In this document: in pieces, positions 11,735 to 22,691 of the stretch
How positions within the stretch are numbered: the first letter of the stretch is position 1
How the letters are laid out: every line of letters starts with the position of its first letter
From: Saprolegnia diclina VS20
Taxonomy: Eukaryota
Direction: 5' to 3'
Assembly: GCF_000281045.1 (NCBI RefSeq)
Contig: NW_008246088.1
Coordinates: 451,724-507,270, forward strand
Length of the DNA stretch: 55,547 bases
Notes under the pieces: model-generated
Database searches by the model: none
The model's input: only the letters and a program-made list of their open reading frames with translations
What the model was told of the DNA's origin: nothing
Program-made: the position numbers and the translations under genes

Positions 11735-13295
11735 TCAGAACGCTTCGTTGCGGAGAAAAGTGTCGACCATCGCAAGCGACACTTCGGGTTGGTCGAGCGG
11801 CACCATGTGCCCGGCTTCGTAGACGCGGAGGAACGTGAGTCCTTTCGCCGACCGGACTTCGCCGACCGGTTTGTCCTGAAAGAGCATCGGACGGTTGGCC
11901 GCCGCGTTGAACGCCGCATGGCCCGACCAGGGCAAGTGCTTGGTCCACGCTTCGTTGCCTTGCCAGTTGCACATGAGGTCGGCGTCGCCGGCGTAGACCA
12001 TGACGCGGATGCCAGCGTCCAGCATCGGGGGCACGTACGGCGAATAGACCTTCATCCAGTCGTTGCCAAACTGCGCGTTGATCTCAAAGTTGCACTCCTG
12101 CCACTGCGCCACCTTGTCCGTGTCGACGCCAAGGACGTCCATGATCCCCGGTGAGTTGAGAAACGCCTCAATGTGGCTAAAGTCGTAGCATCCGATGGAT
12201 TGGCCGCCGGCGCACGGCTTGCGGATGTCGTATGGGTTGCGCCCGGTCGTCAAGAAGAGCGGGTTCACGAGCGCCTCGTGGCAGAACGCTTGGGCATCCG
12301 CACACACCGAATCGTCAGTTTGGCACTGCGTGACCATCTCGACACAAGCTGGCACTTGAGCCTTCATGGACGCTTCAAACTCGGGCGAGACAAGCGTGAG
12401 GTTGTACGCATTCTCAGTCATATCGGCGGCGTGCGCATACTAGTCCAAGCGTCATTCGTTTGTCGGTACAAAAAAAAGGTACCTGCTCAATAGGGTCGGT
12501 GAGACCGTTTCCAATCGCAATGCCCTGGAGGGCAATCACTTGTTCGTCGTCATGGACGCTCGGGTTGCGCGTAAAGATGGCGTGGGCGGCCGCTGGAACA
12601 AAGTGACCGCCGTACGACTCGCCGAAGATGTAAAAGTCGCGGCCATGGAAGCGCGGGTTGGCCGCGAGCCAGCCCTGGAGAAAGAACCAAATGTTCTCGC
12701 CGACTTGGTTTTCGTTCATGTCGTAGTCGTCCTTGTCGCCGTACGAGAAGCCGACGCCGGTCGGCTGGTCGAGCCAAATGACGTTGGCAATGTTGTTCCA
12801 CGAGAGCGGGTTGAGCTGCGTCTTGAGATCTTTCGTCACGACGCAGGGCCCGTTCTCGTAGAGGAGCGCAAGCATGCTCGAGCAGCCGGGGCCGCCCGTG
12901 AGCCAGAGAATGAGTGGGTCCTTCTCCGGGTTGCGCCGCGACTCGAAGAACCAGTAAAAGTAGTGGTCGTCCTTCTTGTTGGGGAGCGCAATGTAGCCGG
13001 ATTCTTGGCCCACGATGCCGCAGAACGTGTCGACTTCGTCCGAGTCATCGATGCGGGGCACGAATTTCTTCTCGGGCACAACAGTCGCTCGGTGGTTGAG
13101 CGTTGTCGTCGACGCGATGGGCACGTCCCACGCCGGGAGGAGCTCGACGCCCGCGTAAAAGAGTGCGCTGACGCCTGTTAGTGCGAGAAGGAACCACCGG
13201 TGGCGACTGAGCGCGGCGAGGTTCGACCGGCCCGTCGCCGTGAGCCCCGTGTCTTCGCCTAGCGCGATCGTTTCGTACGGGCGGCCGCGGGCCAT
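11735..13295 (-). CDS. Serine carboxypeptidase, family S10
   Basis: WLTGGPGCSS, DQPTGVGFSY, GESYGG (Ser), GDADLMCN (Asp), AGHMVPLDQP (His); intron 12440-12482; N-terminal signal anchor; probable start MARGRPY at 13295. Confidence 0.95.
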
Positions 13296-13529
13296 GGCTG
13301 TCGGTGGTGCAGCGAAAGTTGAACTGGCGATCGGGTGGTTTGGCGCCACGAGTAGCTTCGAATTCCGCGCCCCTTGGCAGAGCCAATCGCTCGCCGGGCG
13401 TTTCCCAGCGAGCCAATCCATGTCCACTTGGACGTCAACACCAGCAAGCCATTGTGTTCGATTCGAAGACCTGAGTGCATCCGCGTTGTTCGTCGACCGT
13501 CGCTCTTGGTCTTCTGCAAATCTGGACAA

Positions 13530-13623
13530 GTACGTATATTATAGCTCAAGGGATGAGGAGCTTGAGATATTAGCTGGTACGTATATTATAGCTGAAGCGA
13601 CGTAGAGCTTGAGATATTAGCTG
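13530..13623. repeat. 47-bp tandem duplication in divergent intergenic region
   Basis: gtacgtatattatagct(n11)gagcttgagatattagctg at 13530-13576 and 13577-13623. Confidence 0.85.
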
Positions 13624-13884
13624 GGCAGTACTAGAGGAAGGCTTGCGACCGCCACGATTACCAAGATCACGCTTTACCGTCGCACGCCGATCAGATCGTT
13701 CGCCCGCGACAGGCTGCCCATTACACCGGGATGCGATCCCACGCTGCGTTTACCGCCCTCGGATTGGCCAAAAAGCATGCTGGTCATGTTTCTGATTGGT
13801 CAGTTACGAGTCTGGCGCTCTTAGACACGAAATGCATCTCGAAATTTGTATGCCGTCGGGCGTCACAAGCAAACCACCGCCGGC

Positions 13885-15840
13885 ATGCAACCGTTCCGCC
13901 CGCCGTCCGCCGAGGTCCGCACCGACTTTCGGCGCGCGCCGCCGACCTCCGACGGGTACGTCTGCGGCAACGACGCCACGAGCCTCTTCAACACCTCGAC
14001 GCACACGGCGGCAAGCTCGTTCGTGGCACCACCCGGCGTCCCACGGCGCTTGGACGAGCCTGATGTCGTGATTCTCTCGGAGGCGCCGCAGCAGTTCCGG
14101 GCCAAGCCGCACGAGACGACCGACGAGTATTACGCATACCTCTGGACGATCGAAGGCGCGCGCTACAAGAAGATTTACTTTGGCGTCTATGGCCTCCTGC
14201 TCGCCATTGTGCTCGGCGTGCTCCTCGGGTACCTCGTGTCATTCCTCACTCGCGGCGATTACCCGCAGTCGGTCGAGAACCTCTCGGACGACGCTGTCAT
14301 TGCGATAATACAGGACGTGCTTGCCACGTTTACGCTCAAGCACACGTGGACGTCGTGGATCCAGCTGCCAGGCGACCTCCTCATCCGCGCCATGTCGTGT
14401 CTTGTCGTGCCGCTCATCTTTGTCAACGTGACCGTTGGCATCGCCGACATTTGCGCCTTGCACAAGTCCTCGGTCGTCGGCTGGCGCATGGTGTTCTTCT
14501 TCCTCCTCACGACCATGGTCGCGGCCGGCGAAGGACTCTTCTTTGCCGCGTTCATTCCATCGAGCATCTTTCGCACCACCGACGTGTCGCTCAAGATTCC
14601 CAAGCAACTCGATGTCCCCGTCGCGATGAGCTGTCCGAACGGCGGCGGGTTCCTCGGTGTCCGGAACGGCTCAGCGCTCATGACGTGCCTCCCGTCCGCG
14701 CCGCGCGAGTCGCTCAACCTCGTCGATGTCAATTTTACGTTTGCCCGCACGAAATTGCTGCCGAATGCAACCACGACGCCGGCCGACGTGGTGTTCAACC
14801 TGCTCGATCTGCTCGTGACCGACAACATCATGGGCGCGTTCGCGCAAGAGAACGCGATCGTGAGCCTCGTCATGTTTGCCATGCCGCTCGGTATCGCGCT
14901 CGGGAAATTCGCCGACGTCAACAACCCAATCTTGGACCTCTTTCGACAGCTCAACTCGATCTTCCTCATCATGATTGGGTGGGTCATCAACTTTGTGCCG
15001 GTGGCCATCATTTTTCTTGTCGCGTCGTCGTTTGTGCTGCCCGACGACCCGGCGTACGACGTCGGCGCATGGAAGCACGCCAACATCACGATCGACCAAG
15101 TGGCGACGTGGCGCGCGGCGCTGCCGATGGCGATCACGCGCACGAATTCGTTCTTTTCCAACTTTGGCGTCGCCTTCCACGCGGTCGGGACGCTCACGGC
15201 CATCTTCATTGCCGGTCTCGCCTTCCACGCCCTTGTCTTCTTGCCGCTCTTAACGTTCCTTACGACAAGACGCAACCCGTACTCGTACATCTTCCGCCTC
15301 AACAAGGCGCTCAACTTTGGCTTTGGCTCGGCCTCGTCGCTCGCGGCGCTCCCGATGACGATCCAAGCGATCGACTCGACCCGCAGCGTCTCGCAGCAGC
15401 TGACGCGGTTTGTGATTCCGATCGGCACGGGCGTCCACCTCGACGGCGCGGCGTTTTACCTCTCGGCGTGCACAGTGTTTTTACTCAAGGCACAAACCGC
15501 GACCGACGACCCGAACTTTGCGCTCTCGCCGTCCCGCGTGGCCATGGTCTTCTTCACGTGCGTCATCAACGCGTGGAGCTGCGCGCCGATCCCGCACGGC
15601 GGCCTCCTTGCTCTCAACGCGGTGTGGCAGGCGGTGACGCCGGACCTGCCGACGACAATCAACCTTCCGGTCGGCTTTGTGTGGGTGGTGGCGATGGACG
15701 TTCTTCTCGATCGGTTCTCGACCGTTGTCAACATCCTCTCGAACGCCGTCGTGACGCGCATCATTGCCGAACAAGTCGACGAAACGTACATTGACGAGCT
15801 CGACCGTGGCTCTGGTGGCACCGACGCCTTTCTTCAATAA
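13885..15840 (+). CDS. SLC1/DAACS (dicarboxylate/amino acid:cation symporter) family transporter, copy 1, intronless
   Basis: PGDLLIRAMSCLVVPLIF (TM2), SASSLAALP (HP1), PIGTGVHLDGAAFY (TM7), IPHGG (HP2), MDVLLDRFSTVVNILSN (TM8). Confidence 0.92.
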   Translation: MQPFRPPSAEVRTDFRRAPPTSDGYVCGNDATSLFNTSTHTAASSFVAPPGVPRRLDEPDVVILSEAPQQFRAKPHETTDEYYAYLWTIEGARYKKIYFGVYGLLLAIVLGVLLGYLVSFLTRGDYPQSVENLSDDAVIAIIQDVLATFTLKHTWTSWIQLPGDLLIRAMSCLVVPLIFVNVTVGIADICALHKSSVVGWRMVFFFLLTTMVAAGEGLFFAAFIPSSIFRTTDVSLKIPKQLDVPVAMSCPNGGGFLGVRNGSALMTCLPSAPRESLNLVDVNFTFARTKLLPNATTTPADVVFNLLDLLVTDNIMGAFAQENAIVSLVMFAMPLGIALGKFADVNNPILDLFRQLNSIFLIMIGWVINFVPVAIIFLVASSFVLPDDPAYDVGAWKHANITIDQVATWRAALPMAITRTNSFFSNFGVAFHAVGTLTAIFIAGLAFHALVFLPLLTFLTTRRNPYSYIFRLNKALNFGFGSASSLAALPMTIQAIDSTRSVSQQLTRFVIPIGTGVHLDGAAFYLSACTVFLLKAQTATDDPNFALSPSRVAMVFFTCVINAWSCAPIPHGGLLALNAVWQAVTPDLPTTINLPVGFVWVVAMDVLLDRFSTVVNILSNAVVTRIIAEQVDETYIDELDRGSGGTDAFLQ

Positions 15841-17073
15841 GTATGTTGAACGCTATTCGTATCGGCGACACTGCAGAGTGTACATGCGTGCTTCTTGTTG
15901 TAGTATTTGCTACTAGTACTCGTTATGAAAATGCACACCAAATTATTGTCTTGCGTTGTAGCCCAGTCGTCCGTTAATAGGGAAAGGTTGGAGTGGCAGC
16001 CACAAGCACCTTGATGGCAGGCGCCCGCCAGTGACTGCTCTGAAGGACACTCGACAAACACCACGCAAGACATCACTTGGCGTCTTGGTCACAACCCGAA
16101 TCGCTCAGCGCAAAAGTGACGAGCGACACCACTGCCGTCACACAAGAACAGAGTATGGGTACCGATCCTGATCCAAGCGCACAGCTAGCAGTTGTATATA
16201 CTTCAAACCTACCCCTCGTAGGACCTTTCTACGGCCTGCACACCTTCATTTGGCGTGTCCATCTGGTTCATCCTGCTGCCGAAAGCTCTACGAAGTGTGA
16301 TCGGAGTGCAGGAATACACCCCTCTCTTGTCACTTTGCCTGTGATTTTGCTTGTCGATTCACAATCCAAAGTGCGATCTTGAGCGCTAGATTTTTAGCAG
16401 CTTGTTGGACGAAGTGTCAAAGTCCGATTCCAGTACCGTTGCAAGCTCAGGGTTAGTTTCATAGGCGAGCACCGGCTGGTGGTGGAATGTATGGTTCGAC
16501 GGCCAGCAGAACGGTTGAAATGAGTCTTTCGAATTTTACGGATTAAGGGTCCTATTTCTAGGGTCGTCCGACAACCTAATTTCCGGTAGGCACGAATTTC
16601 CGGCATATGCCGTTTTCATCTTGTTTCTTCCTTGTACGGCCAGCAGAACGGTAAATCACAACTGGCGGAGTGACTCTGGCGGGCGGAGGAACGGGCAACG
16701 AAGGAGCTGGGCGCAGTGCCTTGTGGTCACGCCGTAAAAACATATGGAGTACGGAACCAGCTGGTCTACTACCAACAGCAACTTCACATATGCACGGTAC
16801 AGCTTGCATATTGCATCATATTCACACACACTGGAAAGAGAGCTATTGCGCGAGAGCATGAGGAGAGTCGCCACGTGTGTTGCCAAGCGTAATGCGCCAG
16901 CGACTGCTTGTGCGTCTACCTAGCGCCTTCTGGCAACGTCGTGGGGCTTCCGCACTGGACACGGTGGGACTTGCTACAGTTGCGCTCGCATGTGCAACGT
17001 GGCCATTCTACCCAGATGGAGAGCGAACAATCACCAAATCAAACCATGCCCTGCGTAATGTTAGTACACGAGG

Positions 17074-17088
17074 TCACTTTTGTATTCT
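17074..17088 (+). promoter_or_regulatory. Oomycete Inr+FPR-like core promoter of SLC1 copy 2
   Basis: TCACTTTTGTATTCT just upstream of ATG 17102; fits the TCAYTY...WTTY consensus. Confidence 0.55.
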
Positions 17089-17101
17089 CCGAGCCAGAGC
17101 A

Positions 17102-19150
17102 ATGAGTAGCCAATCGACGCCCCAGCGCCGACCCGCGTTTGCCGGCGAGCTCCGGACCGATTTTCGGCGTCACGTCAACGCGACCGCGTCACCTCGGAGC
17201 CGGGGCACAGGGCCGTCCCCGTCGTCGTCGGTCCATTCGCGCCATCCGTCGACGGCCGACTCGCACTCGAGCGGGCACCAAACCACGGAGGCACCATACC
17301 GCCCGCTCGGTCTGCCCGACACGGATGTTGCAATGCTCTCGGACGAGCGCGAGTCCGAGACCAAGCCGCTCGAGCTCCACGACGACTACTACACACACCT
17401 TTGGACCACCGACGGGTCGCGTCTCAAGCGCCTCTACTTTGGCATCACGGGTCTTCTCCTGGCAATTTTACTCGGTGTCGTGCTCGCCTTCGTCGTTGAC
17501 CAAGCCGTGCACGTGGCGACAATCTCGGTGGACGATGTTGACGAGATGGCGCCCCATGACGTTTTCAAGCAGCTGCAGGCCGTTGTCGACCACTTGGCGA
17601 CGAAGAAGATGTGGTACGACTGGATCAAGCTGCCCGGGGACCTCCTCATTCGCGCGCTCTCGTGCCTTGTGGTGCCGCTCGTCTTTGTGAACGTGACTGT
17701 CGGGATCGCAGACCTTGTCGCCTTGCACAAGGCGACGCTGGTCGGCTGGCGCATGGTGTGGCTCTTCCTCATTACGTCAATTTTGTCGGCGATTCTCGGT
17801 GTCTCATTGGCATCCATCGTGCCCGGCAGTGTCTTCCGCGTCGAGTCGACCGCCTTTGTCGGTGGCGCCAACGGCCGGAACGGCACTGCGATCCCGGCGC
17901 GGCTCGCGTGCAACAACGACCCGAGCGTGAACGCGACCAACTACCTCGGGGTCGACAGTGACGGAACCATGGCGTGCCTTCCGCGCGAGAGTTATCTCAA
18001 GCTTGTCGACGTCAACAGCGTCTATCAGCGGGCGTCGACGTCGCCGCACGGCGTGCACAAATCGGCGAGCCAAGTGGTATTTGACCTCGCCGACGAGCTC
18101 ATTACCGACAACCTTGTCGGCGCGTTCGTACAAGAAAGCGCGCTCCTCAGCGTCGTGGTCCTCTCAATCCCAATCGGTGTCGCCCTTGCGTCGCGCCGGC
18201 AAGGGACCAACCCGATTTTGGATTTCTTCCGGCAGCTCAACGCCATCTTTCTGATTCTTGTCGGCTGGGTCATCAACTTTGTGCCGGTCGCGATCATTTT
18301 TCTCGTCGCGTCGTCCTTCATCCTCCCTGACGACCCGACGTTCCCGACCAAGCTCCCGTCGATCCCTGCGGCGGCGTGGGGTGATACGACGATTGCGCTC
18401 GATGCGAATACGCTCGCGACCCTTCGAAGTCTCCTCAAGATGGCCATTGTGCGTCAAAATTCCTTCTTTGACAACTTTGGCGCCGCCGCCCGTGCGATCG
18501 GAACGCTCGTCGCCGTCTTTGCAACAGGCACGGCCGTGCACTGCTACGCCTTCTTGCCGCTCCTTACGTTCCTCTCGACACGCCGCAACCCGATCCCGTA
18601 CATTTTGCAGCTCAAGAAGCCGCTCAACTTTGGGTTTGGCTCGAGCTGCTCCCTCGCCGCCCTCCCGATGCTCATCCAAGCGATTGACAGGACGCGAAAT
18701 GTGTCCCAGCAACTCACGCGCTTCGTCGTGCCCGTCGCCACCGGTATTCACATGGACGGCGCGGCGTTCTACCTCGCGGCGGGCTCGGTCTTTCTCGTGC
18801 AGTCGCAGCCGACGCTGGTCGACTTGACACTCGGAAAGGCCGTCATGATCACGCTCACATCCATTATTACTTCTTGGAGTGTCTCGCCCGTGCCGCACGC
18901 CGGTCTTCTCGGTCTCATGGCGGTCTGGAATGCTGTCGTGAGCGATGTACCGCCCGCCAACTTTGTGTGGATCGTCGCCATGGACGTGCTTTTAGACCGG
19001 TTTGCGACGTACATGAACATTCTTTCGAACGCGGTCGTCACGCGCATCATTGCCGAGCAGATTGACGAGACGTACGTCGACGAGCAAGACCGTCTCGGGC
19101 ACACGAATGCCGACGACGACAGCACGCCGGTCCTCGTACATCGACCATAA
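17102..19150 (+). CDS. SLC1/DAACS family transporter, copy 2, intronless
   Basis: Same motifs as copy 1: SSCSLAALP, GIHMDGAAFY, LDRFATYMNILSN; ATG 17102 preceded by an Inr-like motif. Confidence 0.92.
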   Translation: MSSQSTPQRRPAFAGELRTDFRRHVNATASPRSRGTGPSPSSSVHSRHPSTADSHSSGHQTTEAPYRPLGLPDTDVAMLSDERESETKPLELHDDYYTHLWTTDGSRLKRLYFGITGLLLAILLGVVLAFVVDQAVHVATISVDDVDEMAPHDVFKQLQAVVDHLATKKMWYDWIKLPGDLLIRALSCLVVPLVFVNVTVGIADLVALHKATLVGWRMVWLFLITSILSAILGVSLASIVPGSVFRVESTAFVGGANGRNGTAIPARLACNNDPSVNATNYLGVDSDGTMACLPRESYLKLVDVNSVYQRASTSPHGVHKSASQVVFDLADELITDNLVGAFVQESALLSVVVLSIPIGVALASRRQGTNPILDFFRQLNAIFLILVGWVINFVPVAIIFLVASSFILPDDPTFPTKLPSIPAAAWGDTTIALDANTLATLRSLLKMAIVRQNSFFDNFGAAARAIGTLVAVFATGTAVHCYAFLPLLTFLSTRRNPIPYILQLKKPLNFGFGSSCSLAALPMLIQAIDRTRNVSQQLTRFVVPVATGIHMDGAAFYLAAGSVFLVQSQPTLVDLTLGKAVMITLTSIITSWSVSPVPHAGLLGLMAVWNAVVSDVPPANFVWIVAMDVLLDRFATYMNILSNAVVTRIIAEQIDETYVDEQDRLGHTNADDDSTPVLVHRP

Positions 19151-19717
19151 CCAAAGTCGCCGTGTGTTGATTAACTGTGTGAATAACTTATTGGTTGACG
19201 AACGTGCGTGGGGCGCAACACTATTATACCAGTAGCAACGGTGTCAACGCCGTGGAGACAAAGCTTGCCCGATCGAGCTACTTGACTTAATCCTTGGTAC
19301 CGCGCCTTTGCGCCCGCTCGTTCATTGGTAAAAACATATGTCCGGTCGCGTGATACATTGAGACCACGATGCCAACCGCCACAACAATTAACTCACCAAA
19401 TAACTTCCTCCTCTATTGACTCGTCGGTAGCGCGCGTCCAGCAACGGCTTGGGACGATCTTTTGGCTTCAACTCCAGTTTCAATCAATACAACGCAAGAC
19501 GACTATCATATTTGTACAGTTCTCACGGCTACTCGCTCAGGTCTAATCAATGGGTACGACATGGTATAATCAGTGGGTGCGTAGTAGTATAATCAATGGG
19601 ATCCACCACGAAATGCAGATAGAGACGAGGACGCGAATACGACATTGAGGTGTCCCTTTGCTAAAAAGAGGCAAGAAATTTACATTTTGAAAAACACTGT
19701 CCAACGGGACGATCGAG

Positions 19718-21216
19718 ATGGCGACAAGCGACGCATGGACCAAGTGGGCTTTTCTGGCGCTGGCAGTCATCACGCTGGTGCACTTGCTGCTCGAGGCGAG
19801 GGGCGTATCATGGACTGCGCAGACAGTCCACGCGACCTACGTCCGATCGGGCGTTGCGCCCCACGGAATCCTTGCCGCCGCCGACATTGACGCGCTCCAC
19901 GCCGCGCACGACGCCGAGCTCTTGCGTTTGATCGAGTTGAACGTTTATTGCCGCAAAGAAGACGACGTGCTCATTCCATGGCACGCGCGCAGTGCGCGCG
20001 ACTTACTTCGGCGCGACAGTCCGCACAGCGCGATCTTGGCCGAGCTGCGCAAGTGCCCTGCGGTCGATATTTACCTCAACACGGGGGTCCGAGACCACGG
20101 GTATTGCGAAGACGCCATGGTGTACACGCTGCATCTGCAGTCGCGCGCGATTCCGAAATGGGTCCTTGAAACCACGTTCATCGATGAGAACGGTGCAGGA
20201 TCCACGTACTTTGAGCTCTGCCCGCGCTCGGCAATTCTCTTTATGAACCACTATTGGGAAGGCGTCCATGAGATGCCGTTCTTTCCGTCGACCAAGAAGA
20301 TCGTGCTCATGCCCAACGTCGAGATGGGCGAGTTGACGCCGGCGCACTACCACCGTGTTGACATTGTCTTGGCCAAGTCGCGCGACGCGTTCAACCGCAT
20401 CTGGGCGTGGTGCGCAATATATTCTTTGTCTCGCACAAGGTGCGATCTATGGTTCTGTAGGTACAACCAAGACAACAACAACCCGCGCGGCGCCAAGGTG
20501 CTCTATACCCAGCACACGACGAGCGACGCGACGGTCTTGATGCGCAACGCGACCACGCACATGACGCCCAAGGACTTTGGGCAGCTCAGCGTCGTCCACG
20601 CCAACGGCAAGAGCCCGTTCAAGAACGCGGGGCGAATGCTCAACTGCTGGAAAGACCACCCCGAGTTCCCGGTGCTGCATCAGTACTCGAGCGACGATTG
20701 GTCCAACGGCACGTTCAACGACCTTTGGCACGGCAGCCCGCCGCCGAACGTCGACTTTCACTTTGGACAATATGTCTCGTCGATGGGGTTTGCAAGCATT
20801 CTGCACGACGCGACCATCATTGTGTGCCCCAGCGCGATGGAAGGGTACGTCGCATCGCCTACAATGCATTCCGAGTTCATGGCGTGTATAGATTCGGCCA
20901 TTACATCAACCAAGCACGAGCGGCCGGCGCCCTCGTCGTGACCACCGATGCGCCGCCCATGGACGAGTTCGTCGACGACGACTCGGGTGTCCTTATCCAC
21001 GGCATCACGCCGTGGGCAGACAAGGCCACGATGGGCCAAAACATCGTCTTTGAGGTGCCGATTCGCGCCATTTGCGAAGCCATTGAAGACATTATGGCCA
21101 TGGATCCCCGCGAGCGGGCGCGCCGGGCTGGCAACGGTGTTCGCCGGTACTTCAAGCAGCTTCAGTTTTTTAAACAGAGTATGCAGACGCTTCAGGCCAT
21201 GGTGCAACTAAACTAA
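19718..21216 (+). CDS. Membrane-anchored GT-B fold glycosyltransferase (GT4-like)
   Basis: N-terminal TM; introns 20410-20460 and 20845-20891 join VCPSAMEG/FGHYINQARAAGALVVTTDAPPMDEFV..SGVLI, the GT4 donor-binding E-x7-E/Q region. Confidence 0.85.
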
Positions 21217-22660
21217 TACTAGTAGAATAGAATATCTTTACAGTCTGTCTGCCCCAAACACCATATTTCCTGCAGCGTCGTCAAAGCCCCTTTCCCATGA
21301 AGTTGTTGGCTGCCCATAGTATCAACCGGTCGTGGAAGTTGACTCGCAACCACATCAGCGTAGGACCCTCCAGTTATGCCGTCTACAGGTTCAATGCAAC
21401 CAAGACAAGGTGTCTACAGTATATATCTTTGGCGGTCGGGAGAGTTGATGTCGCTGCACGGAGCGACGTATTCCAGCTGGAAACGATCCCGCGTTGCAAC
21501 GAGTGGATGGCAGCGCCCGCGGTGTAGAGGTACGCGTCGCCACTGCGTTGGGATTGTCATGGTTGCCGCGTTACGCAACGCCACGATCCGCTGGCCTATG
21601 GACTTGTTGTCCGTACTATTCTTTCGAGCACTGCGGGTGTCTGTCACATGATGATGCCTTTCTTACTGGGAAGATTACGGCGAATTGGCTCGGCAAGCGT
21701 ATAGACATCAAGTCGACCCTTGAGACCGCCTGTTGGTGAGCAGTGTGCTCCATATAATGTTTTTGTACTCGACACGTGCAATGCCTCAGTGCAAAGAACG
21801 AAGTCGTCATGGCTTCATGCGTGTCGTCCGACAGAATGGATGCACCTGCCAAACCCTGCGCAGTGACACACGCCTGTGACGACAAGTGATGCTCCCTTGT
21901 TGCGATATCTCATTAATGTTTATAGGGAATTGTGCTGAATTGACGTGTTCAAAGCACGCCTACTTCCATCATTGTGAGTAAGAAGCTATAGAGTTGAGGG
22001 ACCTGCCACAGTCTGAGGTGACAACCATGGGTGACACCTGGTGCTGTTGCACTCTCCTCCACTCTCATGACCAAGACTCTCTCGGCAATCAATGGTATCC
22101 CTCCGTTTCCCTCAGCTCGAGACCTCCAAGAAGAATCAAGCGAAGACGGATGCATCGTGCAGCTTGAAAAGCGAGGGCTTCCTCGACCAAAGCGACATGA
22201 GATCAGAGATTAGAGAAAGTCTTCATGACGCCTGGTTGGCCAAAATGAAGAAGGACAAGAGACGGCTACCGGTAGCGGCACTTCAACTGACCCAGTGCAT
22301 GCATTCTGCAAGTCACGGATGCCGGTTGAGGAACCCACTGACCGTGCCTCTCTCCTGCGACTCTCATATCCGCGCCACTGTTGCACTTGCCATTCAACGC
22401 ACGGCAAAGTAGCCGCAATAGCTCACAGCAGCACGTCCAACAGCACTGGTCGAGCGCCTCTACACACCAAATCACAATTTCCTCTCAACACGTTCAATTG
22501 GGTATCTTGTGTGTGACAGCATCGCCCATGCAAGTACACTCCCATCTTCCTACTACACTCTCCTCTCTCGCATTTGCCGTTGTATGCGATGGCGACTGGT
22601 AGAGATGACGCCGGGTGCGACCGCCAGATGGAGAACGAGCCACCGTCTTGTTTCATTAGG

Positions 22661-22676
22661 TTCACTTTTGCATTTC
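22661..22676 (+). promoter_or_regulatory. Oomycete Inr+FPR-like core promoter of SLC1 copy 3
   Basis: TTCACTTTTGCATTTC about 15 nt upstream of ATG 22692. Confidence 0.6.
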
Positions 22677-22691
22677 GCAGCCGACGCGTCC

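Noticed and set aside
16877..17101. Upstream in-frame extensions of SLC1 copy 2 (also 22509-22691 for copy 3, 13296-13529 for S10)
   Set aside because: They start at non-ATG codons or lie upstream of Inr-like motifs and are not conserved between paralogs.
21300..22500. Possible decayed gene or transposon in the spacer before SLC1 copy 3
   Set aside because: Only short ORFs and no transposase or RT motif I can recognise; needs blastx.
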